A stretch of DNA of 17,503 nucleotides from Phycisphaerae bacterium. Lineage in GTDB: Bacteria > Planctomycetota > Phycisphaerae > UBA1845 > Fen-1342. The stretch's first letter is position 1, and the number at the start of each line of letters is the position of its first letter. Shown here in pieces: positions 15,778 to 17,503 of the stretch. The position numbers and the translations under genes are program-made. Below the pieces are notes generated by a model. The model had not been told where the DNA came from, made no database searches, and was given only the letters and a program-made list of their open reading frames with translations. Where the stretch lies: NCBI GenBank assembly GCA_050115495.1, contig JASFQK010000062.1, positions 1 through 17,503 of the forward strand. Direction: 5' to 3'.

Positions 15778-15806
15778 ACCCCGAATCGGGGGCGGACGAC
15801 CGCACA

Positions 15807-15892
15807 TGAACAAGGGGACTGGCTCCGAGCGGAACCGTGCGCACTGGCTCCCGGACCGCCCGACGCGAGGTACCTGTCTCCTTTTTCAACCG
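15807..15892. repeat. MITE-like element (copy 2)
   Basis: Left arm 23/24 and right arm 25/28 identical to 9477..9562; both copies are 86 bp. Confidence 0.8.
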
Positions 15893-15973
15893 GCTCTGGG
15901 GGCGGTTCCTGGCACATTTTGCGGCTCGTTTGCGGATGAAAGATTGAGTCGCCGGAAAGCCGAATGGTAGAGT

Positions 15974-16963
15974 ATGGTCATGACCAGCACTTCTCAGCAC
16001 CGCGTCGTACGCCGGTCCGCGAGGGTGGTTGCCCGTCCGCAGCCGGCGTTTACGCTCATCGAGCTGCTCGTTGTCGTCGGTATCATCGGGCTGCTGATCA
16101 GCATCCTGGTGCCGGCGCTGGCTGCCGCCCGGGCGAAATCGCGCGACACGAAGTGTTTGGCCAATCTGCACGTGCTGGGCCACGGCATCGTGCTCTATGC
16201 CAATGACAACGATGACGCGCTGATGCCCAGTCGCCTGCCGAAGCTGGGTAGCTGCGACGCGTACGCCGACATCAACGGTGGGCGCAAGTATCGGCCGACG
16301 TTTCTGGCTATGTTGAGCATGGCCGTGAACCTGCCGCCGTTCCTCGACCCGCAGGCGTGCAAGACACAGCCGGACCGGTTCGGCGAGCCGGGCGATCAGC
16401 AGAACTACGCGTATGGTACGTACGTCTGCCCGACCGTGGCGGAGTGGACCGACGAGCGCAACGGCAGCTACGGCTGGAACTACCAGTTCCTCGGCAACTC
16501 GCGGTTGTGGGACAGCGAGATCCCGACGTCGTACAAGCACTGGTCCGTGCAGCTTTCGCTGATCCGCTATCCGGGGACGACCGTGGCGGTCGCGGACAGC
16601 ATGGGTACGGCGGCGACGTGGCCGCCGGGGCAGCGGCATGACTACATGAACAACGGTCGCGATCCGTACATGTACGGCGATGAGGGGTTCAACCTCGACC
16701 CGCCGCGGGTGGACACGTCGCCGGACGGCGAGTGGGCGTACGACGGCGACCCGTGGAGCCGAACGGCCGTGCACGACCGGCACGGCGGCGGGCGGGCGAA
16801 CGTCCTTTGGCTCGACGGCCACGCCGCGCCGTACACGCCGGCGAAGCTCGGCTACGTCCGGGAGGCGGACGGGTCGATGCTGTTCAATCACGAGGACGCG
16901 AACAACACGTTCTGGAGCGGCACGGGCGAAGACGTACCGTGGACCCGCGATTTCCAGCCGTAG
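15974..16963 (+). CDS. Prepilin-type N-terminal methylation / H-X9-DG domain protein (DUF1559-like)
   Basis: AFTLIELLVVVGIIGLLISILVPALAAAR...CLANL, YVCP, SYGWNY and C-terminal RHGGGRANVLWLDGHA. Confidence 0.92.
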   Translation: MVMTSTSQHRVVRRSARVVARPQPAFTLIELLVVVGIIGLLISILVPALAAARAKSRDTKCLANLHVLGHGIVLYANDNDDALMPSRLPKLGSCDAYADINGGRKYRPTFLAMLSMAVNLPPFLDPQACKTQPDRFGEPGDQQNYAYGTYVCPTVAEWTDERNGSYGWNYQFLGNSRLWDSEIPTSYKHWSVQLSLIRYPGTTVAVADSMGTAATWPPGQRHDYMNNGRDPYMYGDEGFNLDPPRVDTSPDGEWAYDGDPWSRTAVHDRHGGGRANVLWLDGHAAPYTPAKLGYVREADGSMLFNHEDANNTFWSGTGEDVPWTRDFQP

Positions 16964-16968
16964 CGGCC

Positions 16969-17121
16969 AGCCATCAGCCGTCAGCCGTCAGCCGTCAGCC
17001 ATGAGCCTTGAGCCGGAGTGTGGCATGCTGAAGCCTTAGGCGCCGGCATGTCTTTCGTCGTTCCGTAGCAGCCGGCCTCGGTGCCGGCCGTCCCGTAGCG
17101 TCGGCCCCCCGTGGCCGACGT
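16969..17121 (+). repeat. Mosaic intergenic repeat block (heptamer run, 46-nt module and two GTAG REPs)
   Basis: Seven AGCCnnn heptamers (16969..17017), module 17009..17054, and REPs 17065..17092 and 17095..17121, all with counterparts at 872..1002 or 1940..1967. Confidence 0.85.
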
Positions 17122-17139
17122 CGACCGCCGCGCGACGCT

Positions 17140-17502
17140 CTATGTGTGTGCATTCGCACGTTTGCGGCGGGCTGATCTCCTGGTGGAGATGGGGGGCGTT
17201 GGGGGTGGTTGTCGCCGGAGTAGAAGGGTGGCGAGGAGGCGGGGGAGCCAGGAGCGTGACGCCGGCTGGGGGTGGTTGGCGGGAGGTGACGCCGGCTGGC
17301 GGCCGTTTTGCTTCCAGATGGTGTAACGTTGGGTGAAGTACTGGCCAGCGGCGAAGACGATTCGCCGGGCGAGGTGGGTCCAGGCGTCGTCGGTTACGCC
17401 GTAATGGCTGCCTCGGGCGGTGGCGACGCTGTAGACGTATTGCAGAAGCTCGTTCTCATCGGGGTCGACGAAGCCGGCGTCCAGTAAACAGCGGCGGTGG
17501 GT
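17140..17502 (-). CDS. 3' end of an unidentified protein (partial)
   Basis: Open frame from the edge: THRRCLLDAGFVDPDENELLQYVYSVATARGSHYGVTDDAWTHLARRIVFAAGQYFTQRY..., then a Pro/Arg-rich tail to TAG at 17142..17140. It has host-like codon bias and is absent from the ORF track because its start lies outside the window. Confidence 0.65.
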   Translation of the reverse strand, partial: THRRCLLDAGFVDPDENELLQYVYSVATARGSHYGVTDDAWTHLARRIVFAAGQYFTQRYTIWKQNGRQPASPPANHPQPASRSWLPRLLATLLLRRQPPPTPPISTRRSARRKRANAHT

Positions 17503-17503
17503 G

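Noticed and set aside
9477..15892. CRISPR interpretation of the 34-nt variable cores
   Set aside because: The copies are dispersed 6 kb apart, the arms are inverted rather than direct repeats, and there is no array or cas gene.
17256..17299. 14-nt direct repeat GTGACGCCGGCTGG at 30-nt spacing
   Set aside because: A small duplication in a disordered C-terminal coding tail (QPAS twice); there is no evidence of a separate function.

Overview
This is a high-GC bacterial chromosomal window, most likely from Planctomycetota (Phycisphaerae-like), inferred from the DUF1559-type prepilin/H-X9-DG gene, the ECF-rich content and the repeat families. From left to right it holds: the left end of a probable IS4-family element inserted into a REP; ybaK; an alpha/beta hydrolase; a lower-GC two-gene islet (TIR-receiver fusion plus a 2-TM protein); a DUF362 gene and a GT39/ArnT-like glycosyltransferase; two secreted Ala/Gly/Ser/Thr-rich proteins, one with a strict 31-aa beta-solenoid repeat; two convergent ECF sigma/anti-sigma/exported-protein operons; smpB; an orphan MlaF-type ATPase; a prepilin-type DUF1559-like gene; and the 3' end of an unknown gene. 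Intergenic regions are packed with modular REP-like and MITE-like repeats. The best candidates for something new are the TIR-REC plus membrane protein pair, the secreted beta-solenoid pair next to an ECF system, and an 86-bp element with conserved ends and a fixed-length variable core. All family calls come from motif recognition by eye; no searches were run.
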